Below, in pieces: positions 25,075 through 35,025 of a stretch of 64,000 nucleotides of DNA. Below the pieces are notes generated by a model. The model saw nothing but the letters and a program-made list of their open reading frames with translations. It was not told the origin of the DNA and did no database searches. The stretch covers positions 3,008,001 to 3,072,000 of the forward strand of contig CAXXLQ010000004.1 in assembly GCA_963668695.2 (NCBI GenBank), given 5' to 3'. How positions within the stretch are numbered: the first letter of the stretch is position 1; each line of letters opens with the position of its first letter. The translations under genes were made by a program, and so were the position numbers. The stretch comes from Vicinamibacteria bacterium (GTDB taxonomy: Bacteria > Acidobacteriota > Vicinamibacteria > Marinacidobacterales > Marinacidobacteraceae).

Positions 25075-26748
25075 TCAGCGGCCCCGTTCGGCGGCGGCCG
25101 ACCCCGTGCGCATCCCCCGGTTCGGGCCGGTGAAGTCCGGCTGGACGTCCGAATCCGCGAGATCCCAGGCCATCTGGTAGACGAGCCGGACGATCCGTTC
25201 CATCTTCTCGTATTCGATCTTCTCCGGCCGGTCGTAGATCGTGTGGTAGTCGGGGTGGAGCCCGGTGTGGAAGAAGAGGGCGGGGACCCCGGTCTGCAGG
25301 AACGGCCACTGATCGCTGCGGCGGAGCAGGTTGGAAACGTTGTTGTCGTAGTCCATCTTGAGATCGAGTTCGGATTCCCGGTTCGCCGAGCGCACCATCT
25401 CGGTCATGGTGCGGCTGTAGCTGTGGCCGAGGATGTTCACGGCGTTCGCGTTCGACTCGGCGGTCTGCGGCTCGAGACCCCGGAAGCGCCGCCCGCCGCC
25501 ACGCCGGACCTCCTCGTTCCTCCCGATCATGTCCATGTTGAGCACCGCAACCGTCTGCTCGAGGGGATGGAGGGGGTTCAGCGTGTAGGCCCAGGCTCCG
25601 AGCAATCCCCGCTCCTCCGAGTTCCAGGCGGCGATCAGGATGGAACGCCGGGGCCGATGGCCGGCGGCGGCGGCGCGCCCGAGCGCCTCGGCGATCTCGA
25701 TCAGGCCCACCGTTCCGGAGCCGTCGTCGTCGGCGCCCGCCCAGATCAAGTTGCCGTCGGCGCCGTCGTGGTCATAGTGGGCCGAGATGACGACCCACTC
25801 GTCGGGGGCCTCCGCTCCGCGCAGGAGACCGACCACGTTGCGGTCCGGGACGGTGGTGCGCTCGACCGCGGTGGTGAGCCGGACGCGGGTGTCGAGGAGC
25901 AACGGTTCGCTCATGCCGCGCTCGGCCATCGCTCCCAGCGCGGCGAGCGTCTGGCCGCTTCCCGCGAGGAGTATTTCCGCCACCCGGGGGGAGATCACCG
26001 CAGCCGGGATTTCCACCGACTCGACCCAGTCGGCGAGCGTGATCCGGGGAACCCGGCGCGGTGGGTCCGGCCAAGTGCCCCGTGCGCCGGCCGCGAAGTC
26101 GAAGTCCTCGGGGTGTTGGTGGACATCGCGCACGAACAGGACTCCCGCCGCCCCGGCCTGAGCGGCGGCGACCGCCTTCCGGAAAGGACGGGAGACCTCC
26201 GAGGTGACGACCCCGTCGAAGAGGCTCGCCGGGTCCGCCTCCCCGGGCTCGTGGTCGAGGATGATGGCAACGCGACCGTCCATTCCGGCGCCTTCCCAGT
26301 CGTCCCACCCGAAGTCGGGCGCCCGGATCCCGAAGCCGGCGAAGGCCAAGGCGCCCTCCGCACTCGCAGCGGGCGAGAAGCGCTGCGGGTAGAAGCCCTC
26401 CCCGAGCTGCACCGCCTGGGTGACGTCTCCCAGGATTTCCAGCCGGTTCCCGCTGCCGAGCGCGCTGTGCGCGAGACGGTATTGCTGGAAGAAGGAACCG
26501 CCGGGAGGCTCGAGTCCGGCCCGCGCAAAGCGGCTCGCGACGAACTCGGCGGCCAGGTGGTTTTCCGGCGTCTCGCTGAGTCGCCCCTGCATGCCGTCGG
26601 AAGCGAGGAAGAACAGGTCGGCGCGTAGATCGGCGGCGGTGATCGATTCCACCTCGGGCGCCGGCGGACGCTCGGACTGGCTCCAGACGAGCGGAGCGAC
26701 GAGGATCTGGAGCGCGACCAGCGCGCTGCAACGGGGATGGTTTCGCAT
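25075..26748 (-). CDS. M28 family peptidase with PA domain
   Basis: SAHYDH, GADDDGSG, SEERGLLG, NMDMIGR, RSDQ, YHT..D. Confidence 0.9.
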   Translation of the reverse strand: MRNHPRCSALVALQILVAPLVWSQSERPPAPEVESITAADLRADLFFLASDGMQGRLSETPENHLAAEFVASRFARAGLEPPGGSFFQQYRLAHSALGSGNRLEILGDVTQAVQLGEGFYPQRFSPAASAEGALAFAGFGIRAPDFGWDDWEGAGMDGRVAIILDHEPGEADPASLFDGVVTSEVSRPFRKAVAAAQAGAAGVLFVRDVHQHPEDFDFAAGARGTWPDPPRRVPRITLADWVESVEIPAAVISPRVAEILLAGSGQTLAALGAMAERGMSEPLLLDTRVRLTTAVERTTVPDRNVVGLLRGAEAPDEWVVISAHYDHDGADGNLIWAGADDDGSGTVGLIEIAEALGRAAAAGHRPRRSILIAAWNSEERGLLGAWAYTLNPLHPLEQTVAVLNMDMIGRNEEVRRGGGRRFRGLEPQTAESNANAVNILGHSYSRTMTEMVRSANRESELDLKMDYDNNVSNLLRRSDQWPFLQTGVPALFFHTGLHPDYHTIYDRPEKIEYEKMERIVRLVYQMAWDLADSDVQPDFTGPNRGMRTGSAAAERGR

Positions 26749-26844
26749 CGTGATCCCTCCCGAAGGGCGGAGCGAGTCTATCCGGCGCCCCGGAGGCGGC
26801 GTCAGCGAGGGAAGCGCCGGCCGGGGCGGATAGGATTTCCCGCC

Positions 26845-29028
26845 ATGAGCCGCTTCCCGCTTTCCGTTCTCTTCTTAATTTCTGCCGTCGCACTTGCGGT
26901 GACCGCGTCAGCTCAGTCGGGCGACCCGGCCCGGGGATTCCTCGGTGGGCAATGGGACGAACAGCGGGAGCTGGAGGAACGTTTCCGGGCGGTTCCCGAT
27001 CCGGCCCGGCTCCGGGAGTACATGGAGTTCATGACCGAAGAGCCCCACATCGCCGGGCTCGGTCATGGCAGCAAGCGGGTAGCCGAGTACGCGCTCGAGA
27101 AGTTCCGGTCCTTCGGCCTCGACGCGGAGATCGAAATCACCGAGGCGCTCATGCCGCTGCCGATTGATCGGCACGTCGAGGTCATCGGGCCCGAGCCCTA
27201 CACGCTGCGGCTGTCCGAGCCCGGGGTCCCCGATGACAAGGACTCCTCCGACGAGGGGCGGCTTCTGACTTACAACGCCTACGCCGCCGACGGAGACGTC
27301 ACCGGGGAAGTGGTCTATGTGAATTACGGAATCCCGGAGGACTACGAAAAGCTCGCGGAACTCGGGATCTCGGTCGAAGGGAAGATCGCGCTCGCCCGCT
27401 ACGGCCGGAGCTGGCGCGGCATCAAGGCGAAGCTCGCGCAGGACAACGGGGCGATCGGGGCGCTGATCTACTCCGATCCCGAGGAAGACGGCTACTACCA
27501 GGGACTCACCTATCCAGAAGGCCCCTACCGACCCAAGTGGGGGGTGCAGCGCGGCTCCATCATGGACATGCCGGTGCACCCGGGCGATCCGCTGACCCCG
27601 GGCTGGGGAGCGACGGAGGACCGCGAGAAGTTGACTCAGGAGACCGCCCGGACTCTGGTGCGGATTCCGGTTCTCCCAATCTCCTGGGGGGACGCCCTCC
27701 CCATCCTGGAACAGCTCCGCGGCACCGCGGCACCGAATGACGACTGGAAGGGCGCGCTCCCGATTCCGTATCACATCGGTCCGGGTCCCACGACACTCCG
27801 GATGCGCACCGCCTACGACTGGCAGGTGCGTCCCATCTACAACGTGATCGCGCGGATCGAAGGTTCGACGTATCCCGACGAGTGGATCATTCACGGCAAC
27901 CACCACGACGGCTGGTCCGTCGGAGCCACCGATCCGATCAGCGGCGCGGTCCAGCTCATGGAGACCGCCCGCGGCTTCGGCGAACTCCTGAAGGCCGGAA
28001 TCCGCCCCCGCCGCACCGTCGTTTTCGCACTCTGGGACGCCGAGGAGTGGGGTCTGCTCGGATCCACCGAATGGGCCGAGACGCACCGGGACGAACTCCG
28101 AGAAAAGGGCGTCGTGTACATCAACTCCGACAGCACCGGGAAGGGCTGGCTCGGCATGGCGGGAAGCCACACCCTGCAGCGCTTCCTGAACGAGGTGGCG
28201 CGCGACATCGAGGACCCTGAGCGGGGCATGAGCGTGTTCGAGGCCGCGCGAGCCCGCCAGCTCGAGACCGCCGCGAATCCCGAACTGCGGCAGGAGATCG
28301 AGCAAAGCGATGACCTCCGGTTGGCCGCCCTCGGATCGGGCTCCGACTACACGGTGTTCATCGATCACCTGACCATGGCGTCCCTGAACCTCGGCTTCGG
28401 CGGCGACAGCCCGGGAGGCGTGTACCACTCGAACTACGACTCGTTCCACTGGTACCTGAACTTCTCGGACGGTGATTTCGTGTTCGGGCGGGCCCTCTCC
28501 CAGTTGATCGGGACCGCGATCCTGCGGCTCGCGAACGCAGCGATCCTCCCGTTCGGATTCACCGACCTCGCGGACGCGATGCGGACCTACGTGAAGGAGA
28601 TCCGCGAGACGCACGCCGCGATGGAGTCACCGGAAGAGATTGATTTCGAGGCCCTGGAGAGCGCACTCGAGGCTCTCGAAGAGGCGGGGCAGGGGTACGA
28701 GGAGGCGCTCGCCGGCCTCAGCGATGCTTCGGCAGAAGCGGTGCTGGGCAACGCCCGCGTTTCCGAACTCAACCAGCTCCTCTACACCTCCGAACGCCGC
28801 CTCGGCTCCGACGAGGGGCTGCCCAACCGGGAGTGGTTTCGCCATCAGGTCTATGCGCCCGGCTTCTATACCGGCTACGGGGTGAAGACGATCCCTGGCG
28901 TCCGCGAAGGCATCGAGGAGGAGGAGTGGGAAGCCGCCCGCTTCTACGTGCGGGTGGTGGGCGAGGCCCTTTCTTCTCTCACGGAACAGGTCCGCCAAGC
29001 GGAACGGATCGTCGCGGATCTCCGCTGA
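26845..29028 (+). CDS. M28B glutamate carboxypeptidase II-like peptidase
   Basis: VYVNYG, QRGS, PGDPLTPG, GNHHDGW, WDAEEWGLLGSTEW, LGSGSDY, YHSNYD, transferrin-receptor-like C-terminus; ATG 26845 precedes a signal peptide. Confidence 0.9.
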   Translation: MSRFPLSVLFLISAVALAVTASAQSGDPARGFLGGQWDEQRELEERFRAVPDPARLREYMEFMTEEPHIAGLGHGSKRVAEYALEKFRSFGLDAEIEITEALMPLPIDRHVEVIGPEPYTLRLSEPGVPDDKDSSDEGRLLTYNAYAADGDVTGEVVYVNYGIPEDYEKLAELGISVEGKIALARYGRSWRGIKAKLAQDNGAIGALIYSDPEEDGYYQGLTYPEGPYRPKWGVQRGSIMDMPVHPGDPLTPGWGATEDREKLTQETARTLVRIPVLPISWGDALPILEQLRGTAAPNDDWKGALPIPYHIGPGPTTLRMRTAYDWQVRPIYNVIARIEGSTYPDEWIIHGNHHDGWSVGATDPISGAVQLMETARGFGELLKAGIRPRRTVVFALWDAEEWGLLGSTEWAETHRDELREKGVVYINSDSTGKGWLGMAGSHTLQRFLNEVARDIEDPERGMSVFEAARARQLETAANPELRQEIEQSDDLRLAALGSGSDYTVFIDHLTMASLNLGFGGDSPGGVYHSNYDSFHWYLNFSDGDFVFGRALSQLIGTAILRLANAAILPFGFTDLADAMRTYVKEIRETHAAMESPEEIDFEALESALEALEEAGQGYEEALAGLSDASAEAVLGNARVSELNQLLYTSERRLGSDEGLPNREWFRHQVYAPGFYTGYGVKTIPGVREGIEEEEWEAARFYVRVVGEALSSLTEQVRQAERIVADLR

Positions 29029-29117
29029 AGCCGGATCGCTGCTCGGGACCCGTTTGGGCCGCCCGATGGTCCTGGGCGGCCCGAGGTGACGCCGTCTTCG
29101 GCTGATCCCCGCGTCGA

Positions 29118-30026
29118 ATGCGCAAGTTCCTGGCGTTCGCCGCCGTCTATCTGATCTGGGGATCCACCTATCTCGCGATCAGCGTCGGGGTCCGGGATGT
29201 GCCGCCCTTCCTGATGGCCGGAGTCCGCTTCCTGACCGCTGGAGCGATTCTTTTTCTCTTCGCGAGGCGCGGAGAAGCGCCCCTCACGCGACGGGAATGG
29301 GCGGAAGCAGGGCTCGCCGGGCTCCTCTTCTTCACCTCGGCCCACGGCCTCGGGCACTGGGCCCAGGTTCGCATTCCGTCGGGCGTCGCCGCGGTGCTGG
29401 TGGCGACGGTGGTCTTCTGGATCACTGGCCTGGACGCCGCGTTCGTAACCCGCCGCCTACCCAAGGCGATTCCCGTGCTCTGCATTCTGGCCGGTTTTGG
29501 CGGGGTGGTGGTGCTGGTTGCACCCTGGCGTTCGGAGGCAGGGCTCGATCCGGCGGGAGTCATTGCGATGCTGGCGGCCCCAATCGCCTGGGCGACGGCG
29601 AGTCTCTGGTCGCGTCGGGCCACGATGCCCCGCTGCCTCCCGCTCTCGGCGGGTGCGCAGATGCTCGTTGGGGGGGCCGCCCTGCTTTTGGTGGGGACCG
29701 CCGCCGGGAACTGGCAGGCGCTCTCGCTATCGGAGGTCGGCCTGCCCGCTCTCGGTGCCTTGCTCTACCTCGTCGTGTTCGGCTCCATCGTGGCGTTTGT
29801 CGCTTACACCTGGCTCCTTTCCCACGTTGAACCCGCGCTGGCCACCACCTACGCCTTCGTCAACCCGCTGATCGCCGTCCTGCTGGGATGGCTGATTCTG
29901 AGCGAGGAACTTTCGCCCCGGATGTGGCTCGCGCTCGCCTTGATCGTGATGCCCGTGGCGCTCTTGCAGTGGAACGAGGCGCGGCTCCGGGCGGCCATCG
30001 CGGTCGGCCTTCGGGGCCCGGCCTAA
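29118..30026 (+). CDS. EamA/DMT family transporter
   Basis: VYLIWGSTYLAI, about 10 transmembrane helices, TYAFVNPLIAVLLG. Confidence 0.9.
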   Translation: MRKFLAFAAVYLIWGSTYLAISVGVRDVPPFLMAGVRFLTAGAILFLFARRGEAPLTRREWAEAGLAGLLFFTSAHGLGHWAQVRIPSGVAAVLVATVVFWITGLDAAFVTRRLPKAIPVLCILAGFGGVVVLVAPWRSEAGLDPAGVIAMLAAPIAWATASLWSRRATMPRCLPLSAGAQMLVGGAALLLVGTAAGNWQALSLSEVGLPALGALLYLVVFGSIVAFVAYTWLLSHVEPALATTYAFVNPLIAVLLGWLILSEELSPRMWLALALIVMPVALLQWNEARLRAAIAVGLRGPA

Positions 30027-30113
30027 CCACCACCTCGGGGACTGCTGCACACGGCGGACGCCGCCCGGCGCCCGCGTCGGCCCGGCTTCCGCTAGCGCCG
30101 GATGCGCGCTGGA

Positions 30114-31211
30114 TCAGAAGAGAAACTTGTGGTCGAAGTCCGGGATGCGGCCCGCCTCGATGAGGACAATCCAATCCCGAAGATCGTCCTCACCGCGCTC
30201 CCAAAGATCCAGGCACAGCTCCAGGTAGCGCAGCACCGTCTCGGTCTCTCCACGCTCCAGCAGGGCCTTGGCGAGCGCCATGTCCGGCCCTCCGTACCTC
30301 CGTGGTGGAGCCCCCTGCGTTCGCGCTGCCGCAAGGAGCCGGGCGCCGGCCTCTTCCTGGTTGCCTTCAGCCAAGGCGATGCGACCCAAGACGAGGTTCG
30401 CATAGTGAATGTAGGTCCCCTTGTTTCGATCGCCCGCAAACGCAGCGAGCATGGCCTCTGCATAGCCGCTGGCTTTCTCTAACGCGCCCGCGGCAAAGGC
30501 GGCTACTGCGAGATCCGGCATCAGGTCTGCGCAGCCCTCCGCATCTGACAGTTCATAGGCGCGCTCGAAGTCGGCGAGCGCCAGGGCAGCGGTCGCGGCG
30601 TCGGTGTCTTCATAGGGATTGTGGGCCTCGCGCCAGCGATTGCGCCCCAGTTGCCGGGCCCAATACGGATTCGAAGGTTCGAGCGCCTCGGCGCGTCCGA
30701 GGAATTCAACCGCCAGATTCTTGTCGCTCAAACTCAGGAAGCGCGACGCATGCCTTAGCAGCACGACGTTCTCGGATTCGTCATCGATCAGTCGCAGCCA
30801 CGCCTGTTTCGCCGCCGCGTAACCCTCGGGGTCAAAGAAGGGCACGATGCGCGCTGCGGCGCTTTCGAAGAGTTCCGACTCGGGAGCGTTCCGGATGAAC
30901 CAGAGAAGGTGCCGCGAGTGCTCTTCCGAGGCTGATCGCTGCTGCGCACGGTAGTAGCCAAGGAGCTGGGAGCGGGCGACCAGGTTCTGAGGGTTCTCAG
31001 TGAGTTGCTGTTCAAGCGCGGCGGCCTGCATCGCCGTGAGTTCCGCGCCCTTGATCGCTTCCTCGCGGAGGTCCTGAGCCGACGCCGGCGTCGCGATCAG
31101 CGCCAAGATCACCAGTGCGCAGGCAACGCGCCGCCATCCGAGTGACCGGGTGAGCCTCCCCACGAAGAAATGCCGGGATAGCCGCTGTCTCGTGAGCATG
31201 GGGGTAAACAT
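30114..31211 (-). CDS. Secreted TPR-like helical protein, paralog B
   Basis: TGATG coupling to the upstream paralog; signal peptide ASA-Q; HYANLVLGRIALAEG, GPDMALAKALLERGE. Confidence 0.75.
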   Translation of the reverse strand: MFTPMLTRQRLSRHFFVGRLTRSLGWRRVACALVILALIATPASAQDLREEAIKGAELTAMQAAALEQQLTENPQNLVARSQLLGYYRAQQRSASEEHSRHLLWFIRNAPESELFESAAARIVPFFDPEGYAAAKQAWLRLIDDESENVVLLRHASRFLSLSDKNLAVEFLGRAEALEPSNPYWARQLGRNRWREAHNPYEDTDAATAALALADFERAYELSDAEGCADLMPDLAVAAFAAGALEKASGYAEAMLAAFAGDRNKGTYIHYANLVLGRIALAEGNQEEAGARLLAAARTQGAPPRRYGGPDMALAKALLERGETETVLRYLELCLDLWERGEDDLRDWIVLIEAGRIPDFDHKFLF

Positions 31212-32251
31212 CAGAAGTGGAGGTTGAAGCTGAAGTCGGGTGTCCGTCCGGCCTCGATGAGAACGATCCACTCTTTCAGTCGGCCGCGGTCCATTTCCCA
31301 GAAGTTTCCGCACAACTCCAGATACCGCACCACCGCCCGAGTTTCTCCGTGCTCGAGCAGCTTCTTGGCGAGCGCCATATCCGGCCCGAAGGAATTCAAC
31401 TGGGACGACCCGGGAGTCTGGCCCGCTGCAATCAGGCGGGCGCGGGCCTCTTCCAAATCACCGTCTGCAAGAGCGAGCCGGCCCAGAATCAGGTTGCCGT
31501 AGTGAATTCGGTTTCCCCCATTCCAGTCGTCGGGGATCGCTTTGAGCATGGCCTCGGCGTAGCCGCGGGCCTTCTCCATTCCGCCGGCGACGAAGGCGGT
31601 CTTCCCTAGATCGTCCAGCAAGCTGCCGCGCTCCAACGCGCTCGCGAGTTCGTAGGCGCGCTCGAAGTCGGCAAGGGCGAGGGCGGCGCCGTCACGGTCC
31701 GATCCCTCAAACGGGTTGTGGGCTTCCAGCCAACGCAAATGCCCACGCTCTTGCGCCCAATGCGGGTTCGACGGATCGAGCTCCCCGCCCCGTGCCAGCA
31801 GTTGGCTGGAAAGCGCGGTATCCGTAAGAGCGAAGAAGTTGGCGGCGTGTTTCAGGAACACCGCATTCCTCGGCTCGTTCTCCAATTGCCTGAGCCAGGC
31901 CTCCTTCGCCTCCGCGTAACCCTCGGGGTCGAACATCGCCATGATTTCTGTTTCCGGCCACTCCAGCACTTCCGATTCGGGAGCGTTCCGGATGAACCAG
32001 AGGACGTGTTGGGTTTGCCGGGTGCGATCGCTGCGGCGCTCCCCGAAGTAGTAGCCCAGCAGCCGCGCACGGGCGTTCAGATCCTGAGGGTTCGCCGTGA
32101 GGTGCTGTTCGAGCGCGGCAGCCTGCTCTGACGTCAGCTCGCGACCTGCGAGCAGTTCGTCGAACAAATCCTCTTCGGAGGCAATACCCGGTGATCCGAA
32201 CAGGATGGGCGCTGTCAGGGCGCCGACCAGGAAAATCCAGCGAAGCGACAT
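31211..32251 (-). CDS. Secreted TPR-like helical protein, paralog A
   Basis: MSLRWIFLVG signal peptide; colinear similarity to 30114-31211 (LWFIRNAPESE, LADFERAYEL, YLELC, WIVLIEAGR). Confidence 0.75.
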   Translation of the reverse strand: MSLRWIFLVGALTAPILFGSPGIASEEDLFDELLAGRELTSEQAAALEQHLTANPQDLNARARLLGYYFGERRSDRTRQTQHVLWFIRNAPESEVLEWPETEIMAMFDPEGYAEAKEAWLRQLENEPRNAVFLKHAANFFALTDTALSSQLLARGGELDPSNPHWAQERGHLRWLEAHNPFEGSDRDGAALALADFERAYELASALERGSLLDDLGKTAFVAGGMEKARGYAEAMLKAIPDDWNGGNRIHYGNLILGRLALADGDLEEARARLIAAGQTPGSSQLNSFGPDMALAKKLLEHGETRAVVRYLELCGNFWEMDRGRLKEWIVLIEAGRTPDFSFNLHF

Positions 32252-32446
32252 GGCAGGCCTCCGGGAAGAGCGAAAGGTACCGAAACGCAAGCAAACCACA
32301 GGCCATGGGGAGCAGGTGGCGCTTTGTCGTCCGGAGGCCGGTGTGTGGTCCGCGGAGAGGGAACCGCGACCTGCGCGGCGCGTAACGTTGACGGTGGGCT
32401 CCGCTTGCGCGAACGTATGGCCTGAATCTCGCAACGACGACTCTCG

Positions 32447-34906
32447 ATGATGACGAAACGCCGGATGGCGGCGTGGATGATGCTGGCGGCCCTCACCGCC
32501 ACCGCAGCGTCGGCCGCATCGCAGCAAGAACCCCGGATGCGGGAGGTCGCCGGACGCGTCACTGATGGCGTGACCGGCGCGCCGGTGGGCGGCGCGACTG
32601 TGACGGCCGGCGATTCGACTGTTTTGACCGCTCCGGATGGGAGTTTCCGGCTACCGGCCGATGATGGTGCGCGGGTGCTCCAGGTGCTGGCGGACGGCTA
32701 TTTCGAAGCCACGGTGCTCGCGAGTGAAACCGGGGAAACCGTCATCGAACTCCTGCCCCGGACCTTCGAAGAAGAGTCCGTCGAGGTAACGGCCGAGGCC
32801 CCCGTGCTGGACCGCCCGGCGGCGACCCGGGTAGCCCCCAAGGAAGTCCTCGAGACTGCCGGCACGGTGGACAACATCTTCCGGGCGCTCGCGACCCTTC
32901 CCGGGGTAGCGCCCACCTCGGACTTCGGAAGCTTCCTTTCGGTGCGCGGCGGGACTCCCGACCAGAACCTGACCCTCATGGACGGGGTGGAGATCCACAA
33001 CCCCTACCGGCTCTTTGGACTGGTCAGCGCTTTCAACCCGGAAACGATCACCGATTTCTCGCTGGTGGCCGGCGGGTTCGGGGCCAAGTACGGCGACCGG
33101 CTCTCTTCGCTGCTGGTGGTTCGCAACCGCCCCGGGCGCCGCGATTTCCAGGGCACCTCTTCGCTGAGCGTCACGGATGGAAACCTCGTTTTCGAAGGAC
33201 CGCTTCCGGGTGGTGGCTCCTGGCTCGCAACGGCCCGCCGGACCTACTACGACGTGGTGGTCGGCCGCGTCCTGGATCAGGATTTTCCCTCGTTCGCAGA
33301 CTTTCAGATCAAGGCGGACTGGGAGTTCGGTCCGGGGCATCGCCTGTCGTTCCTGGGCATCCGCAGCGGGGAGGACACTGATTTCTCCTTTGAAGCCGAG
33401 GACGGGGAAGACGAAGGACGCGTGGACTTCCTGGGCGATGTCGCGAACGAGCTGGGGGCCGTGCGCCTGGACGCACTCCTCTCGGAGCGAGTGACGGCGA
33501 CGACGGTCTTGTCGTGGTACCGGAACACGGAGTTGCTGGACTTCGAGGCCGACATCTACACCGAGAACCGGGTCGTGAACGTTGAAGATTCCGAACGGCA
33601 GGACCTGCTCACCACGATCGGCTTCGACCGGGAGCGGGCGGTCCGCGACCTGGCCCTCCGCCAGGAGCTCGGTGTCCAGTTCGGGGACCGCCACTTCGTC
33701 GAGACCGGATTCGAACTCCACGGGATCGACTCCTCGCTGTACCAGAATGTCCGGGGCCCCAGGAACGAGTCGGAGGCGAATCCCAGCAGTATCCAGGGTG
33801 GTTCCGCGCTCCCCGATCTTCTGGAATCGAACCTTTCCGGGTCACGCGGAGGCGCCTGGATCCAGGACGCCTTCCGGCCCTCGGAACGCTTCACGGTGGA
33901 GCCGGGGCTCCGGCTCGAGTGGAGCACGCTGAACGGCCGGGCGACGCTCTCTCCGCGTTTCGCGGCGGCGTGGGATTTCGGAAGCGGTATCCAGGCCCGC
34001 GCGGCCGGGGGCGCGTACACCCAGAGCCCGGGCTGGGAGAAGCTGACCTCCTCGGACTACTTCCTGGACCTCAACGCGATCGGAGACCTCGCTCACGAAC
34101 GCGCGCACCACGCGGTGGTGGGCCTCGAAAAAACCTTCCCGAACGGGACCCGGCTCCGCGTGGAGGGCTACTGGAAGCGCTTCGAGGACCTGCTCGTCGG
34201 CCGGCTTGAGACCGACGCCGAACGGCTCGCCCGACTCGCCGCATATGACTTTCCCAAGGAACTGGCGCCGAGCGTGCCGACCGCCGCCCGGATCACCATC
34301 AACCCGGTGAACGGGGGCGGGGGCATCGCCCGCGGAATCGACGTCTATCTGGAGAGACTTGACCCCGCAGCCCGGGTGGCCGGGTGGATTTCCTACGCGT
34401 ACGGGAAGTCGGAGCGGGAAACGTACGGCCTGCGCTATCCCTTCGAGTACGACCGGCCCCACGCGCTGAATCTCGTGGGGAGACTCGGTATCACCGATCG
34501 CCTGAGTCTGGCCGCCACCGCCCGGGCGGCGAGCGGGTTTCCCTATACCCCGGCGGTCGGGGTCCGGGTGGCGGCCATCCGCGACGAACGCGATCGGCTC
34601 GTGCCGGAGACCGACGACCAGGGGAACCTCGCCTACGCGGTGGATCTCGGGGGGCTCGAGAACCTGCACCGCGCCCGGCTTCCGCTCTACGCGCGGCTCG
34701 ATCTGCGCCTCACCTACCGCCACGGTGGCCCTGGGGGCCGCTGGTCGGCCTACGCCGAGGCCATCAACGTCCTGAATCGGGACAACGGGGTGGACATCGA
34801 CCAGCGGGTGATGGCGAACCCCGGCGCGGAGCTTCCGACGGTCGAAGAGATCCCCGCCTTCGGGTTTCCGTTCGTCCCGACCATCGGGTTCCGCGTGCGG
34901 TTCTGA
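32447..34906 (+). CDS. TonB-dependent receptor
   Basis: Carboxypeptidase-regulatory-like N-domain, plug motif VRGGTPDQN..LMDG, GGFGAKYGDRLSS, C-terminal Phe. Confidence 0.9.
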   Translation: MMTKRRMAAWMMLAALTATAASAASQQEPRMREVAGRVTDGVTGAPVGGATVTAGDSTVLTAPDGSFRLPADDGARVLQVLADGYFEATVLASETGETVIELLPRTFEEESVEVTAEAPVLDRPAATRVAPKEVLETAGTVDNIFRALATLPGVAPTSDFGSFLSVRGGTPDQNLTLMDGVEIHNPYRLFGLVSAFNPETITDFSLVAGGFGAKYGDRLSSLLVVRNRPGRRDFQGTSSLSVTDGNLVFEGPLPGGGSWLATARRTYYDVVVGRVLDQDFPSFADFQIKADWEFGPGHRLSFLGIRSGEDTDFSFEAEDGEDEGRVDFLGDVANELGAVRLDALLSERVTATTVLSWYRNTELLDFEADIYTENRVVNVEDSERQDLLTTIGFDRERAVRDLALRQELGVQFGDRHFVETGFELHGIDSSLYQNVRGPRNESEANPSSIQGGSALPDLLESNLSGSRGGAWIQDAFRPSERFTVEPGLRLEWSTLNGRATLSPRFAAAWDFGSGIQARAAGGAYTQSPGWEKLTSSDYFLDLNAIGDLAHERAHHAVVGLEKTFPNGTRLRVEGYWKRFEDLLVGRLETDAERLARLAAYDFPKELAPSVPTAARITINPVNGGGGIARGIDVYLERLDPAARVAGWISYAYGKSERETYGLRYPFEYDRPHALNLVGRLGITDRLSLAATARAASGFPYTPAVGVRVAAIRDERDRLVPETDDQGNLAYAVDLGGLENLHRARLPLYARLDLRLTYRHGGPGGRWSAYAEAINVLNRDNGVDIDQRVMANPGAELPTVEEIPAFGFPFVPTIGFRVRF

Positions 34907-34915
34907 CGGGCGGTT

Positions 34916-34993
34916 TCAGGGCCGCGGCCCGCCCGTGCCGAACCCGGTCACGCCGATCCGGCGGGGGACGTAGTGATCGGGATCCACCGTCCG
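34916..34993 (-). pseudogene. Displaced 78-bp copy of the 3' end of the amidohydrolase at 36494-36571
   Basis: Encodes RTVDPDHYVPRRIGVTGFGTGGPRP* against RTVDPDHYIPRRIGVTGFGTGGPRP*. Confidence 0.85.
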
Positions 34994-35025
34994 ACGGCAG
35001 AACCTGCGGCCGTGACCCTCCCGGA

